Part shown: positions 37,855 through 51,731 of the stretch, piece by piece
Layout: each line of letters begins with the position of its first letter
Numbering within the stretch: the stretch's first letter is position 1
Assembly: GCF_033153115.1 (NCBI RefSeq)
Contig: NW_026889750.1
Span: forward strand, 17,980,001-18,044,000
Reading direction: 5' to 3'
DNA: 64,000 nt
Source of the DNA: Saccostrea echinata
Taxonomy: Eukaryota
Made by a program: the position numbers and the translations under genes
Notes under the pieces: model-generated
What the model was told of the DNA's origin: nothing
The model's database searches: none
The model's input: only the letters and a program-made list of their open reading frames with translations

Positions 37855-40800
37855 ATGTCTGCTTTGTCAACTAAACATGAACTTTCTCTTCACTCCGCTG
37901 CAGAAGAAAATGACCTGGTTAGACTCGAACAACTCTTACTCGATGGAAATTCCTATACAGTTAATTTACAGGACCAGCACGGTAGGACGGCACTTCACTG
38001 TCTCTTAGATCCCCATACCTTTTCTGATTTGGACGAAGTAAAGAGAGGAATTCAAATCCTTTTAGATAGCGGAGCGGATATCAACATACAAAACGAACAT
38101 GGAGAGACGCCACTTCATACGGTGGTTCAGAACTACTTGGAGTTCATTCCGGAAATTATTCGGTACATATTAACTCACAGCAAAACTTATATCATGGAAA
38201 CACAGGATGAGGAAGGATTCTCATTATTTCACTTGTTCATGTCTGATTTCAGTGACAATGTCAAAGAAAAGAAGGAATATCAAAAACTTTTGCTGGAAAA
38301 GAATGAATTCATTAAAAGTTTACTTTGTGGAGAAATTATGAAATGTAATTGTTCTGCTTTATTGAATCAAAAAGAACGCAAAGGATATTCAGCATTCCTT
38401 ACTTTTCTGGGGAATTCTGATTGCCCCATAGAAACAGTACAATTAATGATTGATTGTGGGGCTGACGTAAACACTTCAACTGAAATAGGAACGACTCCTC
38501 TTATGGAGTCTGTGTTCAGAAGACGGAAGGATATTGTAGAAATTCTGTTGAAGGCAGGAGCAAACCCAAATCAAACAGACATATTCGGTCAAAGTTGTAT
38601 TTTTCGTGTCTATACTACCGATTGTTTTGAATTGCTGAGTCAATATGGTGCCAATTTCTACATCAAAGATAAATTTGGAAGAACCCCAATAACAAATGTT
38701 GCACTTTACACGCCGGAAGATCTTCCTCAATCAAGCATTGTCATTTCACAGAACTTTTCGAAGCATTCACCATTGTTTGAAAAGTTCCTAGATATTGGAG
38801 TAAATTGCAACGAAGTTGACAAGCATGGTTCCTCCCTTCTTCATTATGGGGCATGGTATGGAGATTCCACAATGATCAAAGCACTAATACAACATGGCGC
38901 AGATTTGAATATCTTGGATTTTAATGGCTACTTACCTTTGGATTTAGCAATGCATGTTGGAAATGATACCATTTACAGCTTACTTGGTGGAACTCATGAA
39001 GCAGACACTCGAACTGACAATGAAACTAAGTATTGCAAATTTCTCATTAATGAAACTGAAACAGACAATATGAAGACGGTGCTGAATGAGTATTTAGGAA
39101 TTAAGGATGACCCTGCTTATCTTTTGATGTCACTTGTGAAGTCTCCGAGGTTAGGAATGACGGAAATAAGAGCCGAACCAAGACATATAAAGTCAGAAGT
39201 CACCGGACTGATGCACAGGATAGCAGACGTCATCGGAAGATTGAATCCGCTTTTTACCTGTACAGTCTATCCTACAGGGAGTTCGTCTGAGGGTACAAAG
39301 GTCGCAGATCCGGACGAATTCGATTTTGTGTTCTGTTTGAATATCTTTTCAAACCATTGTATACCACATCAGGATGTCAGTTGTATGAACAGTGGGTTTG
39401 TAAGTTTAAAAATTAAGTCAAATGAAGTTCGAGGGAAGTTTGAATCCTTTCTTGATGATGAGACTTTCTCAGCAGAACTTATTAGGGGTACATTTCAAGA
39501 TTTGGTTACTTTTGCCCTTAACAACCCAGACGTATGGACCTCTGAATATTTGTGTTTTGAAGGTCTAGTTGACTATCCTGCGGATAAACCAGTTCTGAAA
39601 CTAGAAATCGATTGGTACGGTCCCATTATGAAACATATTGTAGTCAGTGTTGATATTGTTCCTGCTGTTCAGATAAAAGATTGGAAACCCGTGGAAATAA
39701 TTGACAAACAGGCAATATGTTCTGTTACCGAACAATATTTGCTTATTCTGCATTCACCAGAGCGCTGTCCTTGGAGCGGTAAAAAATGTGACCAACTAGT
39801 AAGAATTTCCAGCTCTCTTATGGAAAAGCAACTTCTAAGCAGTCTTCCTTATATTTGCACTGAAAGTTATGCAGCAGCCAAAATTTTGAAAAGTTTCAAT
39901 TTTTGTCCAAAAATTCAGTTTGATGAGGAAATTATCCTAGAAACGGTAGGTTCCATCGGAGTTTTGTTTGATGAACCACAGTCAAGTTTGACTGGAAACT
40001 TGGAAGATGAATTGAAGATGGAGGATGAAGGTAACCTGACCAAACGAAAAGAAGGCGATGAAGGCATTATATACGAACAGACGACCAGTCAGATTTTACC
40101 CTCTCGAGTCTCCCATGACATTTCAAAATCTGAAGATGTCATGGATAAAACACAAACTTCCGAGCACAGACCTGTTTTGCCCTGGATGATGGATATTGAT
40201 GAAACTTACAACGTTCGAAAGATATTTACCCCAAAAGAAACTGGAGAAATGAAGAACAAAACATATATAAACGAAAAAATATGGAATGACATATACAACG
40301 TCAATTTTTGAAAAGGGCAGACATAAATTAATCTATTTTGAACCCCTTGAATGTGAGCAGAGTTCCAAAAATTTGAATGAAGGTGGTTCAGAATTGGATG
40401 ACAAAGAGGTGAATGGACAGCCAAAAGGCAGTCTAAACTCAGTAATAGACTCCGAACAAAACTCTGAATTAGATTGTGCTGATAGGAACAACATCACCGA
40501 AAATGTCCATAGAAACAGCACTCAGGACAGTGCGAATGATAGCATCAAAAGTACAAATGATAATACCGACGAAGACGTAGGTAGTGAGGAAAATTCTGAG
40601 AACTTGGAAGACGATTCGTCAGGTGGTACTGAGTGGGAAGGGAGTGATGTCGTGTCTGCGTTCGATGAAATTTCCAGCTTTATGTTGAAAATGTGTTTGT
40701 TTCATGTTGTGCAAGAAGAGAAAACCAAAAACGGTGATGTGCCTACTTTTACTCTTTTGGAACTGACCATAAAGATTTACGAGAAGTTGCTGACATTCGC

Positions 40801-41004
40801 CAAGGAAGGCCGTTTACCTTCTTATTTTCTTCCTTTTCTGGATGTTTTGACATACGTTAAACTCATATAAAAGTGATACCAGAAAAGGATTTAGAAGCGC
40901 TGACTAAGCAACTGTGTGAACGAATTCAAGCTTTCTGTAAGGTTATTTTGGGAATATTGAAGCAAAATCCGTCGGACGATGTTACCTCATTTGAGGACTC
41001 ATAA
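37855..41004 (+). pseudogene. Ankyrin-repeat + cGAS-like nucleotidyltransferase, copy 3; two frameshifts
   Basis: Relative to copy 2: +1 nt near the A6 run at ~40274-40281 and -1 nt at ~40860 (gttaa-act versus gttaacact). The homologous tail KVIPEKDLEALTKQLCERIQAFCKVILGILKQNP ends TAA at 41002-41004. Catalytic motifs are intact. Confidence 0.75.
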
Positions 41005-42239
41005 TAGAATTTGACAATTGTACGAAGACAATGATAAATAATACATGTAAAATTTTGATTGATACTTAAATTACAAATTAACTTAATAGGAATCAATTTG
41101 TAGTCTGCTTTCTTGGAATCATATGAGACCCTTTCATAACCAATAACTATTTGTAAATGTATATGATGTGTAAATAATATGCATATAGTGGTTTTGGACG
41201 TATTTAAAAGAAATACAATATGCTTTTTTGAAATGTCAAAGTTCGCTGTTATTTACATGTATTCAATGACACTTTTTAAAATTTGGAACTATACTAGATC
41301 TTATGTGTAGATTCATTCTAATGTGAGGTCACTTTATTTTCCTTGGTCTGATTGTCGCTATCTACATCTGAATGTTTGGTAGTTGAGTCTTTAATTCGAG
41401 ATGACATCCAGTGACTGTTGGTTTTACGGTATTTTAGACACTTCCTCTCAGTCAACATATATTTTTACAACAATGAAAAAAAGGGAATTCGAATTTAAAA
41501 AAATTACTCTTTTTTTTAAATTGTGACTGGTTATTTGATTATATTGCAAGAACATTTGGTGTAACAAGAAGTGAAAAAATACGAGGAACCAGACTGCCAC
41601 ATTCCTCCTTCCTTAAATGATACCAATCAAGGCTATTCATAGGCAGGTCTTTCAACCTGTCAAATCCTGGTCACGGCACCAAATGTAACAAAAAGGAAGG
41701 AAGGCGACGGGCCAGTCCACGGTTAACCCCTCCCCTTTTTGAACTCTAGAGAGGTGCTTTAACAAAATGAACTTCCTGATACATACATGTATGGACCATT
41801 GGACTTGCAAATAAGGTCCTGCAGGGGAGCAAAAGAATCTTGGTTAGTGCCTTTGCAGCAAAGACATGGATAGGGTACGTAAGTAATGTGGTGTTCAGAC
41901 TGGATCGATTGTCGGTGGCCAAGTAGCTCAAATGGTTGAGCACCTGTCTAGAGTTGATGAGGCTTGGTTTCGAATCCTGGACTTGTCCTTTGCATTTTCT
42001 CCCTCCCTGTTACAATTGTATATATTAAAACAAAGTAAATCAAAGTACAGAATGTACTCCTGAAAGAGTAAATTTTCGTTCATTTGAAGAAAAAATCAAT
42101 CATCAAAATAATGTCAATGTTTTGTTTTGTTTTGTTAACAAGAATTATATAGTAACATTAAATGTTATTAAATATAATGTGACAATGTAGTGCAAACAAT
42201 GCTATGTAAGTGCTTTATTCATGTATTACATCTACCTTG

Positions 42240-42557
42240 CCCCGCGTGGCGCAGTGGATAGAGCGTTTGCTCTAGAGTCGCGGCGTAAGGATCGAGTTGA
42301 TCCTTACGTCGCGGGTTCGAATCCCACTGTGGGACGTGGAGACCGGTCCTTCGGATGAGACCGTATAAACCGAGGTTCCGTGTCGCCGTAGGTGCTGGCA
42401 CGGCACGAAAAAGATCCCTCACTCAATGGCCCTGAGTGCCGAGTATAAGTCAAAATTTACAGCTCTCCAAGCAAGAGTTGGCGTATCCATATGAGTAAAA
42501 AATTCTCGAGAAGGACGTTAAACAGTTAAACAATAAACAAACAACAAACAAACAAAA
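42240..42557 (+). mobile_element. tRNA-derived SINE
   Basis: Very similar to 27969-28267; A and B boxes, (aaac)n tail, accttg on both flanks. Confidence 0.9.
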
Positions 42558-43113
42558 ACCTTGTACATTGATACATCCCCCCCCCCCCAATACATACACA
42601 TAAAAATTCAGTATGTGTTGCAGCATGTTATGTAGTCATTTATACACTTCAATCCCTATTATCAGCAAATGAATTCGTCAATGAAATGTATGGAGATAAT
42701 TAACGAACAGTATTCAAGCTCAAAAGTCCATTAAACAAAACAAATTTTGGAGCAATCCAGTTCCTAGCGTGGTATTAATAAGTCAAAATAATGATCAAAG
42801 TTCAAAATGCCTGTTAACATGAAAAGCTGAAAAAGCTTTAAAGTTTACTTTGAAAACATTTATTTACAATATACATTTTAAAATATATTTTCTGCAAAAT
42901 GTTTAATAAAAATGAGATATCATGTGGTGTGATTAACAAGTGACTTCAATGTCAAGAATGAGTGCCTGCAATCTGTAGAAGGTTTTGATTCTAGAAAGAG
43001 GTGGGTATTAGTAAGATGTGTAGAAATATGTTTACTTAGAACTGTGAATTTTAAGATGTCTTTCCCCTGAAAATGGGTATATATCCCTTTCACAACTTGT
43101 AACAGGGTATATT

Positions 43114-43597
43114 TAAGGAATCACTGTCTAGTTAGTAGAGTATACCAGGGCATCAACGATAGTTGGAAACGTGGGATAATTTGCATAACGGGCGAAGCCC
43201 GTTATGCATAAATTATCCCACGTTTCCAACTATCGTTGATGTGCCTGGCATACTTTACTAACTAGACAGTGATTCCTTAGATTTCCATTTCATTGTGAAA
43301 TAAAATTGTAAATTTAGATTTTAAAGATTTAAATTACACGAGGCCTCACATATCAATTTCAATAGTCCCCGCCCACTGACGTCAAACACAAAGACAGCCG
43401 CACGAGATTTACATGCATATTAGGCCTCCTTAGAGTCAGTCGAAAAGAAAGCCGCACGAGAATTACATGCATATTAGGCCTTCTTATAGCTCCTGACCTT
43501 TCGCTTGGCGAAATTTGCATTCGAGTGGAATGATCAAGAAATCAACTCTCCTAACTTTCAAAGAGTTATCACAGAGAAAACAAATCGAAATGGAAAT
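43114..43597. mobile_element. Non-autonomous insertion starting with a 166-bp hairpin, inside a 30-bp tandem repeat
   Basis: Arms 43114-43279 pair around GCGAAGC. The unit atatccctttcacaacttgtaacagggtat occurs once on the left and ~3 times on the right. Confidence 0.6.
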
Positions 43598-43763
43598 ATA
43601 TCCCTTTCACAACTTGTAACAGGGTATATATCCCTTTCACAACTTGTAACAGGGTATATATCCCTTTCACAACTTGTAACATTAATTAATTGCAAATATT
43701 ATTTTTTTTTAGTAAATGTAATATTCTTAGGTATTATAAGATATATTGATATTTATGTCTATA

Positions 43764-44994
43764 GTATCATTGTTACAACGCAAAATGTAAAAAAAAAAAA
43801 AAAAAAAAAAACCTGAAATTATAACGTTTTGGATTATTACATTTTGCGTCGAGGTCAAGGCAGAATGTAATATGCAAAATGTAAAACCACACATTTTGGA
43901 TTATTACATTTTGCGTTATTACATGTTGCGTATAGGTTAACGCAAAGTCTAATAATCCTCTATGGATCTAATATTAAAATCTAGATATCGTTGAATACAA
44001 CTGTGAAAATCACTCATTTTCGCGAGGTTTAATTTTCGATATAATCATGGTATGAAGAGTCCTATGAATGCATGTCCTTCGCGAAATGTAAAATTTCAAT
44101 TGTATAACAACTGAACACTCTGTCAACCACGAAATCAAATTCCCACCAACAGAAATTTTTTCCTCAAAGCACGAATATTTGACCCCAGGAAAATATGTGA
44201 TTTTAGAGTATTTTGAATCACATTTCCTGAAGTATCAAAAATCTAACATTTCTATATGGTATCAAAAATATAAATACATGTATTTTCCCAATTTGCGTTC
44301 CTAATATTCTGTGTCGAAATTTGCACAAATTTTATAAACGCCAATTGAAATAATTTACTTGTGTTACTAGTGGTAAAAACTTATCCTCCTAAATTCAAGG
44401 AGAAATAATTTCCCGAGGAGCAGCAAGTTAAAAAGTTACAACATAACAGAAATGTTTTAACATATAAGTTTTAGATAAAATTACATCCTATTCGATTTAC
44501 TGAGAATATAAAAATATTTTGAGTCATAAGAACATTGATTAAAAACAAGAAAACTTCCAAATGTTAAAAAATGTTTATTATTAATCAATATAAAGATTTC
44601 CCACTTTCAATGATTTAGATGTGGAGATGATAAGCGATAATTACAACCTGCGATATTACATTCTGCGTTAACTTCCAAAAAGTAATGACACAAGATGTAA
44701 TAAACCAAAAAGTGTGTTTTTACATTTTGCTTTTTTACATTCTGCGTCGAGATCAAAACAAAATGTACGAGCTAATGTAAAATGTAATAACTTTTAAAAT
44801 ATGTTATTACATTTTACGTTATTACATTATACGTTGACCTCAACTCCAATTGTAGTAACGCAACATATAATAATTCAAAAAGTGTGCTATTACATTTCGC
44901 GTTATTACATTCTGCGTTGATCTGGACGCAAAATGTAATAATCTCAGTTTATTACACTTTGCGTATTTATTACATTTTGCGTTGAAACATATAC
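43764..44994. mobile_element. Non-autonomous TIR element with subterminal ttacattttgcgtt repeats
   Basis: tgttacaacgcaaaatgtaa (left) and ttacattttgcgttgaaaca (right) are inverted; the motif is repeated at both ends. Confidence 0.6.
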
Positions 44995-45256
44995 CGTGTA
45001 TTAATTATTCCTATATGCAAACACATGTTATTGTACTTCAAAAACCAACATATGATTATGTGGCTGAGTAATATATTTGCGCCAAGTCAATCTGCATTTC
45101 ATTGGTGACAAAGCATTTTGATGAAATAATAGTAAGAGCTGGATAATATTAACATGATTTAGATTAAGGCGAGCGTTGATGAGAGGGGCATTTTGTTTTT
45201 AGTATCGGGTTTGTTGTTTTCATATTTGTTGAATTGCGATCCCGACGTTACGCAAA

Positions 45257-48200
45257 ATGTCAACAAAAAGTTTGTCAAAGTTACTTGGAAGGAATCTTGT
45301 GGCAATAAGTCGTCATGGAAGTCGACTGAGTTCAACTCAAGTTCAGAAAAAGAATCAGAATGATGCTTCAAGTGGAATATTCTCACAAGAACACCAACAG
45401 CTGCGGGATTCGTTGAGAAAAGTAAGAAATGTTGCTTCTGAACTTTGATCTGTAAACGTCTTTAATAGTTTAAGGTTTATGTAAACGACATGTTTTTAGA
45501 TACATGAGTTAAACTAAACATGTGATGATGTTTCGTGATATTGGCGTAAATTTATCTCAATTTACTTCGTGTTCACTGCAATACAAACAAAAAAGGTGAA
45601 CTTACACAATCTCAATATAGACAGTTAAAGAAGATTTATGTCATACACATAACAACTTTAATCTTATAGATACAAGTATACCAGGGCTCAAAATGTTATT
45701 TTTTTACTGGTCATTGAGAACTTTCACTTTCCCATTTGGCTAGTTAGGATTTTTATTGATAAACCAAGACTTTAAAAATCAGATTTCTTTGCCATTGTTT
45801 CGAATTATAGCTAGAGCATCTGTAGTTGTGCTGCTTTCAGATTATGCATTAGTCCAGTTAGTCTTTGTCTGATCCTTCATGTTTACTGTACATGTTCTTT
45901 CATTATCATCTCTACTTTTTATACTTGTTGCACTAGCTGTGGTGCCTCAGCCAGCTGTCAGCATTAAGAAAACTTTATGATGGTTCAGTTACTTAGGCTA
46001 ATACAAGATAACAAAACAAATGAAGAAGTTATTTATTGCTTTGGTGGCATTTCGACACACAAATCTGCATAATTAACTAGTCCAACAATAAAGGATCAAA
46101 TTTTGATATGCATAGAAAAAAAAAAATTACTGGTCTGGAGAGCACATGCTCTCTACAAGCACTGTAGCCCAAATTCAAGATATACTGGCCAGAGATCATT
46201 GGGTCATCAATCATTTTGATCCCTATTTAATGTGGACTTAATTTGGCATATCAATTAGATGATTGATTATCACACTTTGCCTAGGTTCCCAAAAAATAGT
46301 TTTTGCTGAGATATGTATAATCTGTATCAAAATTTAAAATCTAGTAAAACCTAGAGCTCATAGTATGTTCAGATCGAGAGCTCAATAGGTAACAATCTAA
46401 GTGGCTAGCTAGCACTGTGATCTTGAACATATGGCCCTGCATACAGATTAAAAGATGTGCTTCTGTTTTTGTTTTTGTTTTTTTTAAATATTTGCAAGTA
46501 ACAATATTTTTCATTATGGATAACATTTAAGATATCAAAGACAAGACTGTTTACATTGTGGTTTAGTTACAGTAGGATTGTGTCTTCAACAAAATTTTTT
46601 TTTCTCAATTTTACACAAATGACTCGATATTTGCATATCCAATGTTACATCTATGTTGATTTACCAGTAGACATTTTTCATCAAATATCCAAATCAAAGA
46701 ATTGCACTAATGACGCCATCCCCATTTACATAGACTGTTAACTGTTACAGAAGTTGTGAAGAGATCAGCTTTTGGAGAAATATTTAAGAGTAATTGATGA
46801 TGCATACTATTTTTCCTTCTCAAATTGTTTAAAAAACATTTGTAGATTATAGACAAAGAGATAAATCCACATGTTGATCAGTGGGAACAAGAAGGACAGT
46901 TTCCTGCCAAGAAAGTCTTCAAAACTCTGGGGAATGCAGGTCTTCTTGGAGTCACAAAACCCACAGGTATGAAGTCCTTAAAGTGACATGGCTTTTTTTC
47001 AGGAAGGGAATGTTTGTAACAGGAAGGAAGAAACTTCAATGGACCAGTTAAGGACTTGTAGCAGGGGCCACTGTTCTCTGGACAGATACTGTACTACTGA
47101 GCTTGAGGTCTGATCCGGTCAATTGCATCTTCTTCCAGTTACATTTGGTGCCATGCCATACTCTGGAAATGACAGGCAAAAACTTGCAAGGGTTAAGACT
47201 GGGTTGTTGTTTTAAGAGGAAAGGACAATTACGGACAGAAAAATGTGATGGTCAGGTAGGTTTATTTGCTGGTAGCCAGTTATTTGAGCTGATGGAGCGA
47301 GGGATTGCAGTAGCCTAGTAGTATGGCATTCACTTCATCACCAGGAGGTCCCAGGTTTGATTCTTGTTCTTGGCACCGTGTCAAATCTAAGGCATATAAT
47401 AAGTAGTGACCGTTACTTCGCCAAGTACCCGGCACTAGAAGTGAAAGTCACAGGTCTTTCAGATAAGACCTTGAAAACTGAGACCTTCCCATTTCACGGA
47501 AGGCGCTGGCACGAAAAAAATTCCTTCACTGCTATGGCCATAAGCACCATGCATATAGATCAAAACTTGTAACACTTCACCTAAAGCAGATGACATCTCT
47601 ATATGAGTGAAAAATTTTTGAATGGGATTTTAAACAACATATAATCAATCAGTCAGTCAGCTGATTGAGTACCAGTAAAGGGTCCAGTCTGGTCTGCTCC
47701 AACACATTTTTGTGTCTCCTGCAGCAGAGAGACGCTTAGGGATCACTTTACCTGACATCTGTCTTTTCATCTGTCTGTCTGTCTGTCCATCTGCCACACC
47801 TTTTATCATGAGAACTGTAAGAATTATGGATTTGATATTTCGGTCATGTATTTCACAAATTACCACTCTTGAAATGATGTTACAGCAGATCTTTCATCTT
47901 TACAGAATATGGTGGGTTGGGATTGGATTACACCTACAGTATTGCTATAGCAGAAGAACTTGGTAATATAAACTGTGGAGGTGTTCCCATGGCAATAGGA
48001 GTTCAAACAGACATGTCAACACCTGCACTGGCCAAGTATTTCATGAAAAGTTTCAGAGTTCTTTCTTGTTCTGCAAAAGTGGTTTCACAAATATGATTAC
48101 ATGGACTTGTATACCTACACATAACTGTACATGTGTCTCTTTATGTCTATCCATAACTGTTTTACTTTCATTTTGTTTTGTCAGGTTTGGCAGTGATAAG

Positions 48201-51200
48201 ATGAAGAGAGAGTTCCTGGCACCCTCCATAACTGGGGATGTTGTGTCCTGTATTGGGGTCAGTGAGGTCGGGGGAGGATCTGATGTGGCCAGTATGTGAT
48301 ATTGAGCAGTACATATCTAGTTACTAATAATCATGTGTTTGATGTATAAACCATGTAACACTTATAAGGTATTGATACTTTTTGGGGAAAATGAAGGCAT
48401 TCATTTATTGTTACATGTAGTTTGATGTAAAACTATTAAAATTACTCTATCGGGGGTTTACCATAGAAAGCTCTAAATATTAAATATTATTCAATGCAAA
48501 AAATGAACTTTCTTTCTTGCTTCAGGTGTAAAAACAACAGCAGTGAAGAGTGGTGGAGATTACATCATCAATGGTGGAAAAATGTGGATAACCAATGGAG
48601 CACAGGCAGACTGGATGTGTCTCCTAGCTAACACCAGCGAGGGACCAGCACACAGGAATAAATCCCTTATCTGTCTTCCCATGAACTTACCAGGTATATA
48701 CTTAAGTTTAAAATGTGTTTGATACTAAATTTATTGAAGAATCTTTAAATAAACATAGGCGGGTTAAAGTTGTAAACCCTGGGAGTATCAAGTCTTTCTG
48801 ATTTTCAGAACTTCTTAATTTTTTTAATTACATCAAATTGTTGATTGAATTTTCCAATTATTTTTTAATGATGTTTTCCAAAATAGGCTGATAAATTCCT
48901 GTGATGTTCCAAAAGGTGGTTATGTGCATAAATTTTTACATTTTTAGGAATAACAGTTGCCAAGAAGATAGACAAAATGGGCATGAGGTGTTCTGACACT
49001 GCTCAGATTTATTTTGAAGACGTCAGGGTCCCTCAGGATCATGTGATTGGGGAGGAGGGGAAAGGGTTTACCTATCAAATGATACAGTTCCAGGAGGAAA
49101 GGTTGTATGGTGCAGCTGCTGGTAAGTATTCATCCTCAACAAAAAGTTTTTGCACCCCCTTTCCCTCCCTCCTGCCCCCCCCCCCCCCCCCGCCCCCCCC
49201 CCCCCCCCCCCCCATTAAAGGTGCTTAGACACAGATTTGAACTTAATATTTCCTCAAATTTTCTGTATAATATCACGACTTATATATTGCAATAGCATTT
49301 CACACGAAAATATAATTAAAAACTTATTTTATCTGGAAATTATTGGAACTACGAATTCCGGGATACGTTTGATTAACACATCTTTGCACTTACACAAATT
49401 TTAACACTATCCTTAATATTTAAGAAAAGAAGCAATTTTGTTATGCATTAATGAAAAGTGTTACATCTATAATCCAGAAAATTTGGAGTAGAAATGTTCG
49501 AAAGCAAAACCAATTCACCAGTATTGTCAGTCCATGCTCTGTGATGTGTACAGACTTTAAGAAATTGAACACACCCGTGAAACGTAAACTGTTTTTGTAA
49601 ACAGTGCAAGAGCTCTGTTAATGTTTATGATTCACCGGGTGTGTTCAATTGTTAAACTCTGCACACACCACTGAGCACGTACTTACAATACTGTGAGTGG
49701 GTTTTGCTTTCGAACATTTCCACTCTGAATTTTCTGGGTTACAGTTTTAATATTTTTCATTAATACACAACAAAACTGCCACTTTTCTTAAGTATTAAGA
49801 ATAAAATTAAATATGTGAAAGCGCAAGGATGTGTCAATCCAACGCGTCCAGAAATTCGAAGTTTTAATAACTTCGAGATGAAATAAGATTTTTGTTATAT
49901 TTTAGTGTGAAATGCTATAGCCATATATAAGGCATGAAATTATACAGAAAATTTGAGAAATTATTAACTTCAAATCTGTGTCCAAGCACCTTTAAAAGGG
50001 GGGTCAACATATTTATAAGCAAAAAAGCTTAAAGAAAAGATAGAACTGGAGTGAGTGAAATATGAAAAATACAGCTGCCACTGCAAGTGGTTGCTAAGAA
50101 AATCATGTCTGCCCTATTTATCATTCATTTATTGAAAAGCATATACTCATAGATATCAGTGACACTCAAAATAAATTTTAATATGATTGGATTAAATGTG
50201 ATGTTGAAATTGTAATTAAATATTTCTTAGCTGGTCTGGTAAAGTTTCAAGAGAGATTTAATATTTCCAAACTGTATTGCATTTTATGTATATTTTAATA
50301 ATGCTATATTATTTTATTCTATAGCTGTGCAACCCCTTGAGAATTTAATAAATTCCACAGCAGAGTACTGCAGACAGAGGAAGGCCTTTGGTACATCCAT
50401 CTTAAACAACCAGACGGTACATTTCAGGCTAGCTGAACTGGCCACAGAGGTGGAGAGTCTCAGGTCATTAGTCTACAGGGCAACTGGTATGATTATATTA
50501 TATAAATCACTCATGCATTTCCACAAAAGATATAGTTCCAGCATTTGTAATAATCTAAATGTTCACTGCGAACAGGTGTACCTGTGAAAATTCATCCCAG
50601 TACAGATTTTAGTTTAAGTTTTCATTCCCTGTAAAAGATAATCTTTTATTAATACCTTTCTTGTTGTTTGACTCCTGAACCTACTTGTATATTTATAAGC
50701 TAGTCAACTTCCACTTAATAAGTCATTGTGTATTGAAGACATACATAAACTATACATATAGACCAGTACCAGTATATAAATTGTCCAAGAATAAGTTGTT
50801 AGTATTTTGATTGTTAACAATGTTTGAAAAAGTTAAATTAAGATTAAGAGTTCAATCCATGGAACACTGTATCGCACTTGTATAATATTTACAGTTTCAT
50901 TTTTTCCTTAAGATTCTTTCCTTAGAAAGCAGTTCATTTTCTCTTGAACTACCATGGATGAGCAAGAATATCTCCATTGTGCCTCTGTGATACCGTATTT
51001 GACATCAGAACTATAGTGCAAACTGTTTCGTTTCAAAAATGATAGTTAAATGGCATAAATTTGTGGCAAGTCATCAGATAAATAATGTAAATATGAGATA
51101 TGAATTTAATTTTTGAGAATTCATGAGGACCTGAACTATGATGCTTCACACCGATGCGTTATGTACCTCATTTCTCAAAGGGATGAAACTGTTCATGAAA

Positions 51201-51683
51201 TATTTTTATAATGACTATTTCTACTTTGCAGAAGAGTATGTTAATGGACAGGATGTGACCAAGCTAGCCTCCATGTGTAAACTTAAGGGGGGTCGACTGG
51301 CAAGGGAGGTAACCGACTCCTGTCTTCAGTTCTGGGGAGGAATGGGCTTCACAAATGAGGTCCTTATTAGCAGGTTTTACAGGTTAGGAAACTATCAGGC
51401 AATTTTTTTTCTGTATATACATGCATTTCCTAAAGCCTATAAAAGTCAGCTCCCTTGTCCCTTTATAAAGATATTTTAAACAAAATACAGTCAAACCTCA
51501 TTATCTCGAACTCGATGGGACTGAGAAAAAACTTTGAGATATCCGAGGGTTCAAGATATCAAGGGTAAATACTTGGTGAGGACTTCTCAATCACTTCGAC
51601 ATATCCATGGTATTCAAGATATCCGTGTTTGAGATACCAAAGTTCAACTGTATGTATTCTGTTCCAAAGTACCAATGTCATCA

Positions 51684-51731
<48 letters not shown>

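Noticed and set aside
22320-41004. Bacterial CBASS operon or horizontally acquired ankyrin effectors
   Set aside because: Motifs are of the animal Mab-21 type, there are no adjacent effector genes, and copies are kilobases apart among animal repeats. Phylogeny would settle it.
41915-42012. tRNA gene
   Set aside because: A/B box-like motifs but no sound cloverleaf; likely a SINE head remnant.
49122-49295. Poly-proline ORF extensions
   Set aside because: Intronic poly-C run after the exon 6 donor.
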